A DNA stretch of 64,000 bases, taken from positions 1 through 64,000 of IMG/VR virus record IMGVR_UViG_3300030330_005655. The stretch is one strand, 5' to 3'. The DNA is from a virus. Lineage: Duplodnaviria > Caudoviricetes. The stretch's first letter is position 1; every line of letters starts with the position of its first letter. This document shows positions 1 through 10,537 of this stretch, in pieces. The notes below the pieces were generated by a model. It saw nothing but the letters and a program-made list of their open reading frames with translations, had not been told where the DNA came from and ran no database searches. The position numbers and the translations under genes are program-made.

Positions 1-2016
1 CAAATGCGCAAGAAAAAAGTTCTTGGAAGCCAACGCGCTCTACAGTTTGGCGGCTCACCAATCTTTAAACACAATGCCCGTATGTATAATTGTATTGTCT
101 CATTTTGCGATAGAACTAGATTCTTTCAAGAGTGTATGTATCTACTTCTTTGCGGGTGCGGCACAGGATTTAGTGTACAAAAGCACCACATAGATAACCT
201 GCCAGAACTTTTACCTAAAAAAGAAGGAAGTAAAAAGTATGTCATACCTGACACGATTGAAGGATGGAGCGATGCTGTCGGAGTCCTCGTATCAAGTTAT
301 TTTGATCAGTTCCTTGGGGAAGAGTTGTTTGTAGAATATTCTGGCAAGAATGTAAACTTTGATTACAGTCAAATCAGACCGGCTGGGGCATACCTTAAAT
401 CTAGCGGAGGTAAAGCGCCCGGACCAGAGCCGCTTAAAAAAGCTCTAACTAATATCAGGAAAATTTTAGACAAGGCATTGAAAGATGGACAAAAGAAACT
501 CAAACCCATCCAAGCTTACGATATTGTTATGCACACCGCTGACGCTGTTATTTCTGGCGGGGTTCGTCGCAGTGCTACCATTTGTGTTTTTAGCCCAGAC
601 GACGAAGAAATGGCAAAGGCAAAAACAGGCACATGGTTTATAGATAATCCCCAGCGTGGACGATCTAATAACTCTGCCCTACTTCTGCGTGACGAGACAA
701 GCAAAGAGCAATTTGCAGAACTCATGAAGTCCGTTAAGGAGTTTGGCGAACCGGGATTTGTTTGGTCAGACAGCACGGAACTCCTTGTAAACCCTTGTGT
801 TGAAATTGGTATGTGGCCCGTCTGTGAAAAAACAAAAGAGTCAGGATGGCAGGCTTGTAATCTATCAACCATTAATTGTTCTAAAATTAAAACAGAACAA
901 GATTTCTTTGATGCGTGTCGTGCCGCAACAATTATTGGCACACTACAAGCTGGGTTCGCAGAGTTTGAATATCTTGGGAAAGCATCAGAAAGAATTATTG
1001 CAAGGGAAGCGTTGCTTGGCGTTAGTATGACGGGCATAATGGAACAGCATGAAATTTGCCTAGACGCGACTGCGCAAAAGCGCGGCGCTACTATTGTCAA
1101 GAAAACAAACAAAAAGATTGCAGACATGATTGGTATCAATCAAGCTGCCCGTACTACGTGTATCAAGCCAGAAGGCACTTCAAGCTGCATCCTTGGAACT
1201 TCTAGTGGTATTCATCCTCACCACGCTAAACGCTATATCAGGCGCGTACAAGCAAACAAAATGGAACCCATATATAACTACTTTAAAGAAGTAAATCCTA
1301 GAGCGTGTGAAGAAAGCGTTTGGAGCAACAATGATAGCGATGACGTTGTTGGCTTTTGCATTGAAGTTCCTGACGGAAGCAAAACTAAAAATAAGGTTGA
1401 TGCTATACAGCTTTTAGATTATGTAAAGTCTACTCAGCAAAATTGGGTAATAAATGGCACTAATAAAGACCTATGCACACAACCTTGGCTGGTTCATAAT
1501 GTTAGTAATACTATTAACATAAAACGAGACGAATGGGAAGAGGTAGAAAAGTATATTTATAAGAATCGAAAATATTTCTGTGGTATTTCTTTGCTTCCTA
1601 TTTCTGGAGATAAGGATTATCCACAAGCGCCCTTTACTACGGTATACCTACCAAGCGAACAAGTAGGTCACTACGGAGATGCGTGTCTCTTTGTTAGCGG
1701 GTTGATTGAAGTAGCCCTTACGCTGTGGGAAGATAATCTTTGGGCAGCTTGTGATAGTTTGCTTGGGGTTGGGGAAAAGATAAAAGGTAACGGAAAGAAG
1801 GCTTGGGCTGATAGATGTAAGAAATTTGCTGGAAAATATTTTGAAGGAGATTTAAGAAAGTTGACCTACTGCATGAAAGATGTTTACAACTGGAAAGAGT
1901 GGGTAGATATGAATAGAGAATACACGGATGTTGATTTTACAAATGTTATCGAGGAAACCAACAATGTTCAACCAGAGCAGGAGCTTGCCTGCGCAGGAGG
2001 GAAATGCGAAATATGA
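1..2016 (+). CDS. nrdJ: Class II (adenosylcobalamin-dependent) ribonucleotide reductase, 5'-truncated by window edge
   Basis: RRSATI, RSNNS, NPCVEI finger-loop, CNL, KPEGTSS and C-terminal CAGGKCEI cysteine pair; frame open to position 1. Confidence 0.88.
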   Translation, partial: QMRKKKVLGSQRALQFGGSPIFKHNARMYNCIVSFCDRTRFFQECMYLLLCGCGTGFSVQKHHIDNLPELLPKKEGSKKYVIPDTIEGWSDAVGVLVSSYFDQFLGEELFVEYSGKNVNFDYSQIRPAGAYLKSSGGKAPGPEPLKKALTNIRKILDKALKDGQKKLKPIQAYDIVMHTADAVISGGVRRSATICVFSPDDEEMAKAKTGTWFIDNPQRGRSNNSALLLRDETSKEQFAELMKSVKEFGEPGFVWSDSTELLVNPCVEIGMWPVCEKTKESGWQACNLSTINCSKIKTEQDFFDACRAATIIGTLQAGFAEFEYLGKASERIIAREALLGVSMTGIMEQHEICLDATAQKRGATIVKKTNKKIADMIGINQAARTTCIKPEGTSSCILGTSSGIHPHHAKRYIRRVQANKMEPIYNYFKEVNPRACEESVWSNNDSDDVVGFCIEVPDGSKTKNKVDAIQLLDYVKSTQQNWVINGTNKDLCTQPWLVHNVSNTINIKRDEWEEVEKYIYKNRKYFCGISLLPISGDKDYPQAPFTTVYLPSEQVGHYGDACLFVSGLIEVALTLWEDNLWAACDSLLGVGEKIKGNGKKAWADRCKKFAGKYFEGDLRKLTYCMKDVYNWKEWVDMNREYTDVDFTNVIEETNNVQPEQELACAGGKCEI

Positions 2017-2531
2017 GTACTCACCCAGATCAATTAGCTAGATTAAAAGAACTAGAGAAATCGCAAGATAAAACATGCTTTCCTAGCTACATAAAGCCTT
2101 GGAATGGCACACCTTTAGAAATTGTAAAGCTAAACGAAAATGCTATCACGCCAACCAAGGCAAATAAATCTGATGCGGGTTTCGATCTTTATGCTTCTCA
2201 TGGCGCTATATTAGAGAAGCATACGCACAAACTAATTAAGACAGGCATATCTATGGCTATACCTAAAGGATATGTCGGCTTGATTTGGCCGCGATCAGGT
2301 ATGGCATACAAGTATGGCATAGATGTTTTTGCTGGCGTGATTGACAGTGGATACAGGGGAGACGTTGGTGTTATACTTTACAATTCTCAATACAATAATT
2401 ACAAAGTAGAAAAAGGTGACAGAATTGCTCAGTTGGTATTACAAAGAGTAGAAAACTTTGAACTACTAGAAGTGTCTGACCTGAATAAAACCGACCGCGA
2501 AAAAGGGGGGTTCGGTAGCACCGGACAGTAA
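2013..2531 (+). CDS. dut: Trimeric dUTPase
   Basis: AGFDL, PRSG, GVIDSGYRG, GDRIAQ, REKGGFGSTG motifs; ATG 2013 overlaps nrdJ stop (ATGA). Confidence 0.96.
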   Translation: MSTHPDQLARLKELEKSQDKTCFPSYIKPWNGTPLEIVKLNENAITPTKANKSDAGFDLYASHGAILEKHTHKLIKTGISMAIPKGYVGLIWPRSGMAYKYGIDVFAGVIDSGYRGDVGVILYNSQYNNYKVEKGDRIAQLVLQRVENFELLEVSDLNKTDREKGGFGSTGQ

Positions 2532-2533
2532 TC

Positions 2534-3892
2534 ATGACGGTTCCTTTTGATCAGCCTAACAGTAGAATATTTTACGCTTGTCAGGCGGTATTTGTAAAAG
2601 AAAGAGATTTTGAGGGTGATGAGACTTTTGATCCCACATCTGAGGGTAATAATTTTTTAACAGGCGTTCAGGCTGTTGGGGTTTCTTCAAGCAATACGTC
2701 TGTTTCGCCGCTTGATGTTGGTAGATTCCAAAGATCAAAAGTTTTTTATGAACCTCAAGATATAGAGATAACTCTTGAAAGAGTAATAAATAAAAATGAT
2801 AATTTGTTTTATAGCATAAGTACTTCTCAGTACACTTCTGGAAATGATACTTACAAGAGTACACATTTTTTAAATCCCGCAAACTTTGGGTCGAAAGGAG
2901 CGGAGGACAATAATGGTAAGTGTTTAAGAAACTATGATATAACAGTACTATATACCCCTGATAGATTTAGTAGGCTTGGCAGCGCCCTTGATGGAACCGA
3001 CGCTGATAAAGATGATGTAATATCTGTCTCTTATAGAAATTGTTTGATAACTTCAATATCTTATAATATATCTACAGACAGGATTACAGAATCAATAACC
3101 TTAACAACAAAACAAATAAGATATAACTCTGATTTCTCTACACTCTCCAGCTATCAACTACCCATAGAATTTAAGCCAACAGACCCCACTGACCCCACCA
3201 CACCAAGAAGGGGCCAAGACGGAGATATTTTAAAGCCCCACAACATACTACTACATGAAGACCCTTGTGTTCTGCCTGCTGAAGTTGAACAGCTATTTGT
3301 TGCAAAAGACGCTGCCGGAGGAATGGTAACGGAGGCAGGACAACCCATAAATGGTATACAAAGCATAGCTATAGATGTAACGATAGATTACGACAGACTT
3401 ACAGATGTGGGGGAATGGAGAGGCGGCGTAGACGGCAAGGAGCATGAACAAAACAGATGGACTTTTGTTAACTTGCCCGTTGGGGTTACATGCTCTTTTA
3501 CAGGTACGCTTAGACAATCTATGCCGTATGATTCTTGGGCAAATGACGGATCTGCGTTAAAGGAAATAAGAAATGTTGACGACATATATACAAGAGCGTC
3601 TGGAGATGCAAGAGTATTCACAACACCATTTAACCCCTACTATTCTGCTTGGAGCGAGCCGAATAGACAAATAAGGATATGCGGTAGCGGCCTTGAAAAC
3701 CCAGCTACGGAATGGTTTATATGGGATCTTGGTAAAAAAAATTACATTGATGGAATTCAATATACCGGTGGCGATACATCCGGCGGAAATGTTGAAGCAA
3801 CAATCACATATCAAAATCAGTATAGTGATGCTGTGTTTATCAAAGTTCTTGATGGCATAGTATTAGATATTGTAAATGATGGACCATATTAA
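2534..3892 (+). CDS. Hypothetical protein, possibly tail-tube-like structural paralogue
   Basis: 452 aa acidic, beta-rich; two similar halves (GVQAVGVS / GIQSIAID), IEITLERV, ITSISYN..ESITL pattern. Confidence 0.35.
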   Translation: MTVPFDQPNSRIFYACQAVFVKERDFEGDETFDPTSEGNNFLTGVQAVGVSSSNTSVSPLDVGRFQRSKVFYEPQDIEITLERVINKNDNLFYSISTSQYTSGNDTYKSTHFLNPANFGSKGAEDNNGKCLRNYDITVLYTPDRFSRLGSALDGTDADKDDVISVSYRNCLITSISYNISTDRITESITLTTKQIRYNSDFSTLSSYQLPIEFKPTDPTDPTTPRRGQDGDILKPHNILLHEDPCVLPAEVEQLFVAKDAAGGMVTEAGQPINGIQSIAIDVTIDYDRLTDVGEWRGGVDGKEHEQNRWTFVNLPVGVTCSFTGTLRQSMPYDSWANDGSALKEIRNVDDIYTRASGDARVFTTPFNPYYSAWSEPNRQIRICGSGLENPATEWFIWDLGKKNYIDGIQYTGGDTSGGNVEATITYQNQYSDAVFIKVLDGIVLDIVNDGPY

Positions 3893-3912
3893 TAACTAAC
3901 CCAAAAGTTTCA

Positions 3913-4590
3913 ATGGCAAAAAAGCAAAACAGAAGAACAACAAGACAAAAACAAAACAGCAAAAACTTTAAACAGGTGGAGGCAAAAACTGATAATCAAG
4001 AATCATATATAAGATCAATTATTGAAAACGATATAATATTCTGTACTGGTCCTAGCGGCTCAGGAAAATCTTTTATAGCTTCCGGGCTGGCCTCTGAAAA
4101 ACTTTATTATGAACAAATAGAAAATATAATAGTAACAAGACCGCTAGTTTGTACTGGTAAGGATATAGGATCTTTGCCCGGAGAATTAACAGAAAAAATA
4201 GCCCCATACCTCATGCCAATGGAAGAAAATTTAAAATTCTTTTTAGGACAGGCGCATTACGGACATTTCTTAAACAATAATAAGATAAGATACTTACCTT
4301 TAGAAGTTATGAGAGGTAGCACTTTTAATCATTCTTATATGATATTGGACGAAGCTCAAAATTGCAGCATGGAACAGATAAAAATGTTTATAACGAGAAT
4401 GGGAGAAGGTTCTAAGGTGCTAATAAACGGAGACATAAAACAAACAGATATAAAATTTCATAGTGGCCTTGCAAAAACTATAGACAAGCTCTATAATATA
4501 GATGGCGTAGGTGTTTGCGCCTTAAACTACCAAGACATACAAAGAAATGGCATCATAGGAAGGGTGCTTTCAGCTTTAGAAGACTCATAA
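3913..4590 (+). CDS. phoH: PhoH-like ATPase
   Basis: GPSGSGKS, TRP, LPGEL.EK..PY, MRGSTF, ILDEAQN, TRMG, GDIKQTD. Confidence 0.95.
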   Translation: MAKKQNRRTTRQKQNSKNFKQVEAKTDNQESYIRSIIENDIIFCTGPSGSGKSFIASGLASEKLYYEQIENIIVTRPLVCTGKDIGSLPGELTEKIAPYLMPMEENLKFFLGQAHYGHFLNNNKIRYLPLEVMRGSTFNHSYMILDEAQNCSMEQIKMFITRMGEGSKVLINGDIKQTDIKFHSGLAKTIDKLYNIDGVGVCALNYQDIQRNGIIGRVLSALEDS

Positions 4591-4599
4591 GGAATAAAT

Positions 4600-4941
4600 A
4601 TGCCTTTATATGATTTTGAATGCGAGCCTTGCGCATATTACACTGAAATAAAACAAGGGCCGAATGATCCTTCGGTGATAGAGTGTCCGCTTTGCGGCGA
4701 AAAAAACTTAAAAAAGATCTATATCAACTCTCCTGCTTTTTTTGTTAGAGGTGAACCCTCAACAATAGGACAGGTGATGGATAGAAATACTGAAAAAATG
4801 GGTAAGTATGAACTAGAACAAAAGAATAAGGACAATAATATAAATCAAGATAAGGAAGCGATCAAGACGAAGGCGACAAGAAGAAAAATCAATTCCATGA
4901 CACCTGAACAAAAAGTCAAATGGATAAAAGAAGGAGATTGA
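4600..4941 (+). CDS. FmdB-family zinc-ribbon protein
   Basis: MPLYDFECEPC...CPLCG. Confidence 0.8.
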   Translation: MPLYDFECEPCAYYTEIKQGPNDPSVIECPLCGEKNLKKIYINSPAFFVRGEPSTIGQVMDRNTEKMGKYELEQKNKDNNINQDKEAIKTKATRRKINSMTPEQKVKWIKEGD

Positions 4942-4960
4942 ATTGCAAGGCGAAAAACTA

Positions 4961-5176
4961 ATGAACAGAACAGAATTTCCTCACCACGCTACTGTCACGC
5001 TTAAAATAGATGTCAGAAAAATGCATCCAGACGGAAGTCTAGAATCATCGGTGATAGGAAATGAAATACTTAAAAAGTATGGTGTTTCAAGAAAGGCTCA
5101 GATATGCACCTCCGGGGCAACCGAGGCAGACTGCATAAAAAACCTAAAAGAAATGTTGGAGAAAATGAATGGCTAG
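4961..5176 (+). CDS. Hypothetical protein
   Basis: Short ORF tightly packed between neighbours; stop overlaps next start. Confidence 0.6.
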   Translation: MNRTEFPHHATVTLKIDVRKMHPDGSLESSVIGNEILKKYGVSRKAQICTSGATEADCIKNLKEMLEKMNG

Positions 5177-5501
5177 ATGGGAAAATGAAGATGTTTCTGG
5201 TTTAGATTTGCCAGAACCAAATAAAATTGCGACTACGTTTATAGATAAAAATGGAAAACCGTGTGATGAGTCTATAGCCTATGCGGTCTTGAGGGCTTGC
5301 AATAAATCAGAAACTTATTATGTTAGATTTTCTAGAGGTGAGCTAATTGACCCCCATTCTGTAGACGGCAATGCGAAGTTAAGAAACAAACCAAATTTTA
5401 AAAAGGTTAAGAAGAAATGCTTTGACGAATATGTTAGATATTTAAAAAGCAAAAACACCTTGTACTTTACTAGATCTAGACGAATGGCTATGGAGATTTG
5501 A
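5169..5501 (+). CDS. Hypothetical protein
   Basis: 110 aa ORF in coupled operon; basic C-terminus. Confidence 0.65.
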   Translation: MARWENEDVSGLDLPEPNKIATTFIDKNGKPCDESIAYAVLRACNKSETYYVRFSRGELIDPHSVDGNAKLRNKPNFKKVKKKCFDEYVRYLKSKNTLYFTRSRRMAMEI

Positions 5502-5502
5502 T

Positions 5503-5823
5503 ATGAAAAAGGGACCACTTTCTAACAAAGACAAAGAATATATTAATGAAAATATTTTTAAAGGCGCTAAAACTTTAGCTAAAGAGCTAGACCGCTCTCT
5601 ACAGTCGGTTAAAAATTATTTTAAAACATTTAAACCAGAAGCTGTAAAAGATGAACCCAAGAGTGTTGATCCAACTGTTTCAAATCTTCTAGCTAGAAAT
5701 GAAGACAGGGGTGTTGTAGTAATGACAGAGGCTGCATCTATGGAGTCAGACTCAAACAGAAAAAAGACAAACGAACCGCCAAGAAGATATAAAGGCGTTA
5801 TACATAAAATTAAGAAGGCGTAA
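5503..5823 (+). CDS. Hypothetical protein, possible N-terminal HTH
   Basis: LSNKDKEYI...AKTLAKELDRSLQSVKNY helix-turn-helix-like pattern. Confidence 0.55.
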   Translation: MKKGPLSNKDKEYINENIFKGAKTLAKELDRSLQSVKNYFKTFKPEAVKDEPKSVDPTVSNLLARNEDRGVVVMTEAASMESDSNRKKTNEPPRRYKGVIHKIKKA

Positions 5824-5824
5824 A

Positions 5825-6340
5825 ATGATTTGTACAAAAAGAGATCAGTACATGAGAGATCTTATTAATACAGATCTCATGATTAGCTGGACCGCCGATC
5901 TGTCTGACGGAACTACTGTATACGGAGATTATGACAGGCCCGGATTTGAAAACCCTTGGATAAGACTTAAAAAACATTGCAGTTCTGAAAATTTGTATAT
6001 AACTAAAATACAACTTTTAATGTTAGGCGCTGATAGACATGTTTTTTTTGAAGATGAAAATGGTCTTGATGGTGTTTATGTAATGAGAGGCATGGCGAAG
6101 GAGCAAACGATGGCTGGAGATCACTCACAGTCATATCAAACCATGACTGTTTGCTGTTTAAGAAAAGACTGTTCTGTTTTTGATGTTTCTAAGTATACTT
6201 GGCCTTACAATGATTTTGAGCAAAAAGTATCTACCAGAGAAGTAACTGTTCAGGGATTAGAACATTGTATTTTTAAAAACGATTCAGTAAAGCTTCAAAA
6301 TGAAAAACTACAAGAGTATCTCAACGGGGCAGGCGTGTAG
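5825..6340 (+). CDS. Hypothetical protein
   Basis: 171 aa ORF in operon. Confidence 0.65.
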   Translation: MICTKRDQYMRDLINTDLMISWTADLSDGTTVYGDYDRPGFENPWIRLKKHCSSENLYITKIQLLMLGADRHVFFEDENGLDGVYVMRGMAKEQTMAGDHSQSYQTMTVCCLRKDCSVFDVSKYTWPYNDFEQKVSTREVTVQGLEHCIFKNDSVKLQNEKLQEYLNGAGV

Positions 6341-6752
6341 CGCTGCTCAATATGCTGCCGAGCTTGTATGCATTAGAAAAAGAGAAAAAGAAAATTCCGG
6401 TAGTCTAGAGTTTAAATTCTGGAATAAGTCTCAAAAAAAAGAGTATGAAATACAAATTAGGGTTGCTTCTAAAATAATTAAGAAGTACAGTGAATCAGCC
6501 TTGGTTAAGTATTTAAATAGCAAGAGCGGATTCAATATATATGCTTTAGGTTTTCTGCACAAAAGTAAAAAGTTTGTTTTAATATTAGATTTTGTTGAAG
6601 CTGGCGTTGCTAAATGCTTTGATAATATTGAAAAGCAAAAAGAAAAACCTAAAAATATAATACGGGCATCAGAAGAAGACTACAAGCCTAAAAAACCAAG
6701 AAAGTCAAAATCAATCTTTTCAAAGATAAGGAAAATAGATGGCAAAAACTAA
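6300..6752 (+). CDS. Hypothetical basic protein
   Basis: 150 aa Lys-rich ORF overlapping recA start. Confidence 0.6.
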   Translation: MKNYKSISTGQACSAAQYAAELVCIRKREKENSGSLEFKFWNKSQKKEYEIQIRVASKIIKKYSESALVKYLNSKSGFNIYALGFLHKSKKFVLILDFVEAGVAKCFDNIEKQKEKPKNIIRASEEDYKPKKPRKSKSIFSKIRKIDGKN

Positions 6753-7812
6753 AGACTGGCGAAAAGAACTGTCTGAAAAATATGGTGATATTATACTAAC
6801 AGGCAAGCAGGTTCTAGATCAAAAAAAAGATTGCAAGATTCTATCGGTATCGCCAATGCTTGATATAGCGCTAGGAGGCGGCGTCAAAGAAGGCTCTTGG
6901 GTAATGCTGTCAGGAGATCCAAAATGTGGCAAAACAACCACTGCGATGCAGATAGCCGCTAATGCGCAGAAGGAGGGTAGGAATGTATTGTATGTGGACG
7001 CAGAAGGCAGACTCAAAGAAATGAACTTTGAGGTTCCAGAGCTAGATCCTAAAAAAATGAATGTAATGTCGCCTCAAGGCAAGCCAATCTCTGCGGAAGA
7101 TTTCTTGAAGTGGGCCTACAACGAAATGACAGACCCAAAGAATCATGGCGCTGTTCTAATTATTGATTCGATATCATCCCTGATTGCTGCAAAAGAATTA
7201 GATGGAGATTTTAGCCCTACAAGGGCCGGTCTTCCCAAGATACTTTCTAACTTCACTAAGATGATGGGGCAGGTCTTACCCAACCAAAAAGGATTGATAG
7301 TGATGATCACCCATACTATATCGAACACTTCGGGGATGGGTGCTTCTAAAATGGCGGACGGAGGTAGAAAAATTCAGTATCAAGCTGATACCAGAATGGA
7401 AGTTAGAAGCGGCGGCGAAAAAGTTCCAGCCATCAAGCCTTGGGAAGATGAAAATAAAAACATTATAGGACAACAGATAAACTGGAGAATAATCTGCTCT
7501 TCTATGGGTTCCCCCGGTGGAAACTGCCAAAGCTTTATAAGATATGGACAGGGAATTGACAAATGTCAGGAGTATCTACACCTAGCTCAACAACTGGCAC
7601 TGGTTGATAGATCTGCTTCTTGGTTTAAGTTTAATTACATGCTTGAAGACAAAAAACTAATGAAGAAATTAAGACCAGACCTAGACACAGAAGATGACAA
7701 AGCCTGCATTAAGGCTTTTCAATTTCAAGGTCAGCCAAAAGCCTATAAGTTTTTGAAAGAAACACCAGAGGCTTTGGATCTGCTAGCAAAAACTATAAAA
7801 GAGATGTTATGA
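6739..7812 (+). CDS. recA: RecA/UvsX-like recombinase
   Basis: LDIALGGG, Walker A GDPKCGKTT, YVDAE, Walker B IIDSI, GGRKIQYQA, YGQGID. Confidence 0.9.
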   Translation: MAKTKDWRKELSEKYGDIILTGKQVLDQKKDCKILSVSPMLDIALGGGVKEGSWVMLSGDPKCGKTTTAMQIAANAQKEGRNVLYVDAEGRLKEMNFEVPELDPKKMNVMSPQGKPISAEDFLKWAYNEMTDPKNHGAVLIIDSISSLIAAKELDGDFSPTRAGLPKILSNFTKMMGQVLPNQKGLIVMITHTISNTSGMGASKMADGGRKIQYQADTRMEVRSGGEKVPAIKPWEDENKNIIGQQINWRIICSSMGSPGGNCQSFIRYGQGIDKCQEYLHLAQQLALVDRSASWFKFNYMLEDKKLMKKLRPDLDTEDDKACIKAFQFQGQPKAYKFLKETPEALDLLAKTIKEML

Positions 7813-8231
7813 AAATACAGATAACAGGATTAGACGATAAAATTTATTTTTGGAATCCTGCCTCCTCTGCTTCAAAAAGTGTTTCGCCTTCAAAACTACA
7901 CCAAAAAGCAAAGCGTACTATTGAAGAATTTTATCCATATGATATCATACTGGAAGAGGTTGTGCTGCCGGGGAGTAAAGACCAATTTGGTTCAAGAAAT
8001 TTAAGGGCAGATATGTTCTTGCCCTCAAGAAGAATACTCATAGAGGTTCATGGAGAGCAACACTATAACTTTAACAAGTTTTTTTTCAAAAACAAGCTAG
8101 AGTTTTACAAAGCAAAAGCTAGAGATTCAGATAAAAAGCGATGGTGTGAATCTAATGAAATAGAATTATTAGAATTAAATTATAATGAGGATGTTGATGA
8201 CTGGCGAGAAAAAATTAGAAGAATTTCTTGA
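7809..8231 (+). CDS. PD-(D/E)XK endonuclease (Vsr/DUF559-like)
   Basis: LRADMFLP...IEVHGEQHY...RD.DKK.WC..N.I.L. Confidence 0.75.
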   Translation: MKIQITGLDDKIYFWNPASSASKSVSPSKLHQKAKRTIEEFYPYDIILEEVVLPGSKDQFGSRNLRADMFLPSRRILIEVHGEQHYNFNKFFFKNKLEFYKAKARDSDKKRWCESNEIELLELNYNEDVDDWREKIRRIS

Positions 8232-8658
8232 TGCTATAAACGACTGGATTTCCTGCAAGGGTCTTATTAAACTAGAAAGAAATGATGAAGTAGAAGTTAT
8301 ATTAAATATGAATTCATCAGATCTAAATCATTTATCTGCAAAAGAATGCTTGTCTCACGCTTATGAATTATATGCCTATGCTGATTATGTAGAATCTGTA
8401 AAAGCTAAAGAAAAAATAGTTTTAGAGTGGGCAGAATCAAGTATTTGGTATATAATATCAAAGTCGCTAGACAATTATGGAAGCACCTACACAAAGTGGG
8501 AGCAGAAATATTATTCAGCCGTTAAAGAAAACCCACTTGCTTCAGACATATTAAAGATAAAAAAACACGCTGAGTCACGACTGTCAATAATTGAAGGCAA
8601 ATCTGCTAGAATACAAAAGATGGCAGATATTTTGAACAATCTATCAAGAACGAGGTAA
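8185..8658 (+). CDS. Helical protein, possible UvsY-like recombination mediator
   Basis: All-helical, coiled-coil character; located just downstream of recA; family assignment is inference. Confidence 0.35.
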   Translation: MRMLMTGEKKLEEFLDAINDWISCKGLIKLERNDEVEVILNMNSSDLNHLSAKECLSHAYELYAYADYVESVKAKEKIVLEWAESSIWYIISKSLDNYGSTYTKWEQKYYSAVKENPLASDILKIKKHAESRLSIIEGKSARIQKMADILNNLSRTR

Positions 8659-8660
8659 AA

Positions 8661-9074
8661 ATGTTAGAAAATTTTATAAACTCTTTGTCAGAAGAGCAAA
8701 AAAAAGAACTAATTAAAGCTCTTTCAGCAGGTGATACTCCGTCAGTGGACGACACCCCACCAGCAGAGAAAAAAGATCAACCTAGACAAAGCACTAGGGA
8801 TATTTCTGACTTCACTTCTTCGATAAAAAAAGATGATTCAAAAATTTCTAGAAAACCCGTCTCAACATCAAAAAGAGAAAACCTTTTTGTAGACGATAAG
8901 ACAGAATCTGTTGGCGAAGAGTTTGAAACACCTCAAGTTGAACTAGCAGAAAGAAGCAGGCCGCCCGTAAAAAAGATTGAACAGAATTGCGTAAAATGCA
9001 ACAAGCAATTCTTTGTTCATCCAAGCCACGCTAGAGACTGGTTTGTTTGCGACAGGTGTATCGGAGCAAGGTAA
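8661..9074 (+). CDS. Hypothetical protein with C-terminal Zn finger
   Basis: CVKC-x16-CDRC at C-terminus; disordered middle. Confidence 0.65.
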   Translation: MLENFINSLSEEQKKELIKALSAGDTPSVDDTPPAEKKDQPRQSTRDISDFTSSIKKDDSKISRKPVSTSKRENLFVDDKTESVGEEFETPQVELAERSRPPVKKIEQNCVKCNKQFFVHPSHARDWFVCDRCIGAR

Positions 9075-10537
9075 TGAAGCTTGAAAAACTTCAAGACCTA
9101 GCTTCAGAAAGGGCCGTGCTTGCGGCTCTTTGTCAGTATGGGCTTGACTGTTATCTGGATGTAGACTTTATAGATTCTGATCATTTCACAGATGAAATGA
9201 ATCAGTTGTTGTTTAGCTGTATACATAAAACAATTTCAGAAAACAATAAGGTTGAGTTAGCCTCTATCTTATCATCAGCAAATTCCTTGGGTGTTGCCGA
9301 CGTTCTGTCAACAAAAGAAGAGATAGGATTTATAAGATCTCTTTTTAATTTTCCTGTACATAAAGAAAATGCGCAGTCACATGCGGCAAAAGTAGCTAAA
9401 CTAAAACTGGCTAGGGATCTACATAAGACATTATCATCTTGTCAAAAAAATGTATCTTCCATAACGGGAGAAGAAGAAATTGTAGATTTGATATCTATGG
9501 TTGAATCTCCTATTTTGGATGCCACGTCAGACATATATCAAACATCAAACAACAAGACAGAGATTATTGGCGATGATATAGATGATTATCTAGACTATCT
9601 TTGCGATAATGTTTCAGATTTTGTTGGTATACCTACTGGATTTTCTAGATACGATGCCGCTATTGGCGGTGGTCTAAGAAGAAAATGTGTTGATCTAATA
9701 GCTGCTCGACCAAAGGTGGGTAAATCAATGTTCGCTGATGCCGTTGCTCTCAATATATCTAGCCAAAACGTTCCTGTTCTTGTTTTAGATACGGAGATGA
9801 GCAAAGACGACCATCTAAATAGAATATTGGCGAGTATCAGTGGTGTTGATATCAATAAGATATCTACCGGTAAATTTTCTGAAACTGAGATAGATAAAGA
9901 AAAAGTTCGTCAGGCTTCTGAAAAATTAAAAGACATACCATATCACTATATTAGTATAGCAGGGCAGTCTTTTGAAAACATATTATCTATTATGAGAAAA
10001 TGGATATACCAACATGTTGGATTTGACGAAGAAGGTAGAACGAATGATTGTGTGATAATCTATGATTACTTAAAGCTAATGAGTTCAGATGGCATCAGCG
10101 CCTCAATGCAGGAATATCAGGTATTGGGTTTTCAAATTACTAAACTTCATAACTTCATGGTTAAGTATGATGTTCCCTGCCTAAGTTTTGTTCAGTTGAA
10201 TAGGGACGGCATAACAAAAGAATCAACAGATGTTGTTTCTGGATCTGATAGGCTTATATGGCTATGTACAAGTTTTACTATTTTTAAGTTAAAGTCAGAG
10301 GAAGAAAAAGCTGAAGACAATCAGCAAAATGGTAATAGAAAACTAGTACCTGTTGTTGCTAGGCATGGGCAGGGATTAGATGATGGTGATTATATAAGCA
10401 TGAAAATGTTTGGAAGTATTGGGAGACTAGAAGAGGGTCTTACCAGAAATGAAATACATAATAGCGCAAAAGCGAGAGAAGAAGGATTTGAAATAGATGA
10501 AAGCATTGACTCAGAATCAGATATCAGCGGCGTGTGA
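9074..10537 (+). CDS. dnaB: Replicative DNA helicase
   Basis: SERAVL, GIPTGF, AARPKVGKS, DTEM, IYDYL, QLNR; ATG 9074 overlaps upstream TAA. Confidence 0.93.
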   Translation: MKLEKLQDLASERAVLAALCQYGLDCYLDVDFIDSDHFTDEMNQLLFSCIHKTISENNKVELASILSSANSLGVADVLSTKEEIGFIRSLFNFPVHKENAQSHAAKVAKLKLARDLHKTLSSCQKNVSSITGEEEIVDLISMVESPILDATSDIYQTSNNKTEIIGDDIDDYLDYLCDNVSDFVGIPTGFSRYDAAIGGGLRRKCVDLIAARPKVGKSMFADAVALNISSQNVPVLVLDTEMSKDDHLNRILASISGVDINKISTGKFSETEIDKEKVRQASEKLKDIPYHYISIAGQSFENILSIMRKWIYQHVGFDEEGRTNDCVIIYDYLKLMSSDGISASMQEYQVLGFQITKLHNFMVKYDVPCLSFVQLNRDGITKESTDVVSGSDRLIWLCTSFTIFKLKSEEEKAEDNQQNGNRKLVPVVARHGQGLDDGDYISMKMFGSIGRLEEGLTRNEIHNSAKAREEGFEIDESIDSESDISGV

